Shown: one piece after another, positions 61,808 to 64,000 of the stretch | Layout of the letters: each line of letters starts with the position of its first letter | Position numbering within the stretch: position 1 is the stretch's first letter | Source of the DNA: Ophelia neglecta | Taxonomy: Eukaryota | Length of the DNA: 64,000 nucleotides | Direction: 5' to 3' | Assembly: GCA_965285935.1 (NCBI GenBank) | Contig: OZ260662.1 | Coordinates: 98,952,001 to 99,016,000 of the forward strand | Program-made: the position numbers and the translations under genes | Notes under the pieces: generated by a model | Seen by the model: only the letters and a program-made list of their open reading frames with translations | What the model was told of the DNA's origin: nothing | Database searches by the model: none

Positions 61808-64000
61808 TTCTCTTCTATTCTTTGTTAAGGCGAAACCACATTGTGTAAGGTCTGCCAGCAACAAGGCGCTCAGTAACCAGTTTCGGCAGAAACTTCCATC
61901 AGCAGTCTACTTATCTTACACCAACTCCGTAATACGTGTGCTTCACGTGTAATTTGAATATTACGGATTATGCGTATAAAAATTTAATAAAGTTAAGTGT
62001 ATTCACAATCCTGCAAGGACGTTAAAATGTATGCATTGAAAGGATCAATCCGGGATTACTTAAAAATAACCGCTCACTGAAAAAATGATTTTTATCAATC
62101 AATAAGTTTTACCTACATGTACAGAGCACCTTACAGACTTGCAAAAATAGTACCATAAAGAGAATGGTTGTAAAATATTGGCTACTATAGCATTCTTTGT
62201 GTCAAACGACAAATGAAAAATGGTATTGTAAATCAGATATTCTCTGGACTTTCGCTTGAAGCTAAAAGCATTTCAAAATTGCTCAGTGCCAAATAAAGGA
62301 ACATTTTTCCGAGTCTTTCCGATGTGTTATGACAGGGGCACTGGTTGAGACAAAACCCATTCATGACCAGTAAGCTATAATGAAAAGTTTAGCTTTTATT
62401 TACTAAATGGGGACGTATAAGCTGGGAGCGGTATGAGTTAAATGTAAATGTGTGTATTCGTTTTTTGTAAATAATGAATGCGCGGCTCATTAAGGACAAA
62501 TAATTTTTTCAATTTAATCTAGCAAATATAGTTGAGTTCAACTTTCTTAATTCACAAACAGTATATACTTATCGAGCATACGGTAATCATTTAAACATTT
62601 TGCCTCTGAAAGTTTAATCGAAAGTAAAAGCATCTGACTCTGTTGTTTATTCAAAACCAGCTACATGACAGTATTCAACAAATGCGTCACCAAATGGACT
62701 AACATAACAATATCTAATACACTTTCAAGTACTTCTTCCTATGTGTGTATATAGAAAACTATTGATTTTTCCCATTGAAAGTGTATTATTTGTTTTTACA
62801 CTCTATTTACACAGCGTATTTACTGTATGACGGCAAAGGATTGATCTATGTGTGGCTGTGGCTTCTGGCCCTTATGGTTTAGGATATTATATCATTTTTT
62901 TTCCTTGTCTGTCGGTTTTCCACCTTCGTTCTTCACCTAATATGACTTGAATTGAAATGTTTCGGGCGATACTGGGACCAGGTCTTTGTTAACACTAGGC
63001 CATGTGGTCTATCAGCTTATTGGATTATCAGAGTATACATGAATGATAGGAAACCAAAGTATCAGCCTTGAATTACGTAGTTGTACCACATTATAGGTTG
63101 AAGACCAGTATGGTATAAGCATCAATTTATTTTTTAAGGGATGTACCCATGCCTTCCTGCCTATCCGATACCACGTGGAAGGGATAAGATGCAGACCTCC
63201 TGCCGGGACCGTAACTTGTCAGCTATGTAACACGTAAAAATCATGCATTCTTCTATCATTGTACTGTTAGATGAATGGAGCAAACCTGCTAAATTATTTA
63301 AAGGTTCCTGAAACAATCAATTAAACAAGAAACAAATTTGAATTATTTAGTAATGCATATGATAACACTGTGACCTATGCTTTGGGGTATAAATGTTGAA
63401 TCGATACGCGCGCAGCGAAAAGAACCCAGCGTCACTCTATGGCGAACCAACTAGGAGCATAATAACACATGAAAATTATCACTAAACATGGCATAAATGA
63501 ATGGCTTAAATGTAGGGCTATCATGTTCCTCATGTATATTGCCGAAAACTTAGCATTACAGTGCAGATATTGTATTAAAGGTTTCACTTTATGAAAGCTC
63601 AGGTGAAAGAAATAACCTATGAAAACCTTTTGAAAAGATGTCTCATCTTAGTATGAGCTGGTACAAGATTCCTAGGTTTATCAAAGTTTTTCAATCAATC
63701 TTACTGAGTATTTTTTGATGTTTCCATGGTTGCACTCTATGTGCAGAAATAAAAAATAACCATGACACACCACGGGGATTATCGTAGTTGAGATTTTGCA
63801 GTGCTCCGGGGTATAACTTTATTCAGGACACACTTCACTGTGAAAAACGAAAATGAATCCGTAAATATTGTGGCGATTTTTTTCTTAGAATAATGCAAAT
63901 ATGTCAGAAACATGTCAGCTTTCCTTGAAGGTATTAAATAAAACATGAAATTAGTATGTGTGCTTTTTTCCCATATATAGAAAAATAATGTCAAATTCGG

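Overview
AT-rich, intron-rich animal genomic DNA, probably from a marine invertebrate; this is inferred from the CR1/L2, RTE-X, Tx1 and Harbinger content and a fibrinogen-domain fragment. It is not prokaryotic. The main feature is a ~44 kb inverted segmental duplication (arms ~7780-24363 and ~35614-51800, tail to tail) of a divergent TRPM-family cation channel gene. Copy A (+, ~2980-22842) can be spliced by hand into 18 GT-AG exons with consistent phases, giving an open ~849-aa ORF. It keeps the S2/S3 Ca2+ site and the TRPM pore signature. It appears to lack the N-terminal SLOG/MHR1-2 region, the C-terminal coiled coil and any enzyme domain, and it has an aberrant TRP box (WLDHWY). Copy B (-, 37180-48829) is a pseudogene with two stops, a lost acceptor and deletions. 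The 5' end of copy A is also tandemly duplicated (period 3146 bp). The spacer between the arms holds a Harbinger transposase remnant, a ~300-bp-TIR fold-back element carrying a PAN+fibrinogen (FReD) gene fragment and interrupted by a solo LTR, and a CR1 LINE. The right end of the window is decayed transposable-element sequence: a 52-bp minisatellite, a Tx1 remnant, and a CR1/L2-type LINE with two tandem endonuclease domains. All calls are by eye; no database searches were run.
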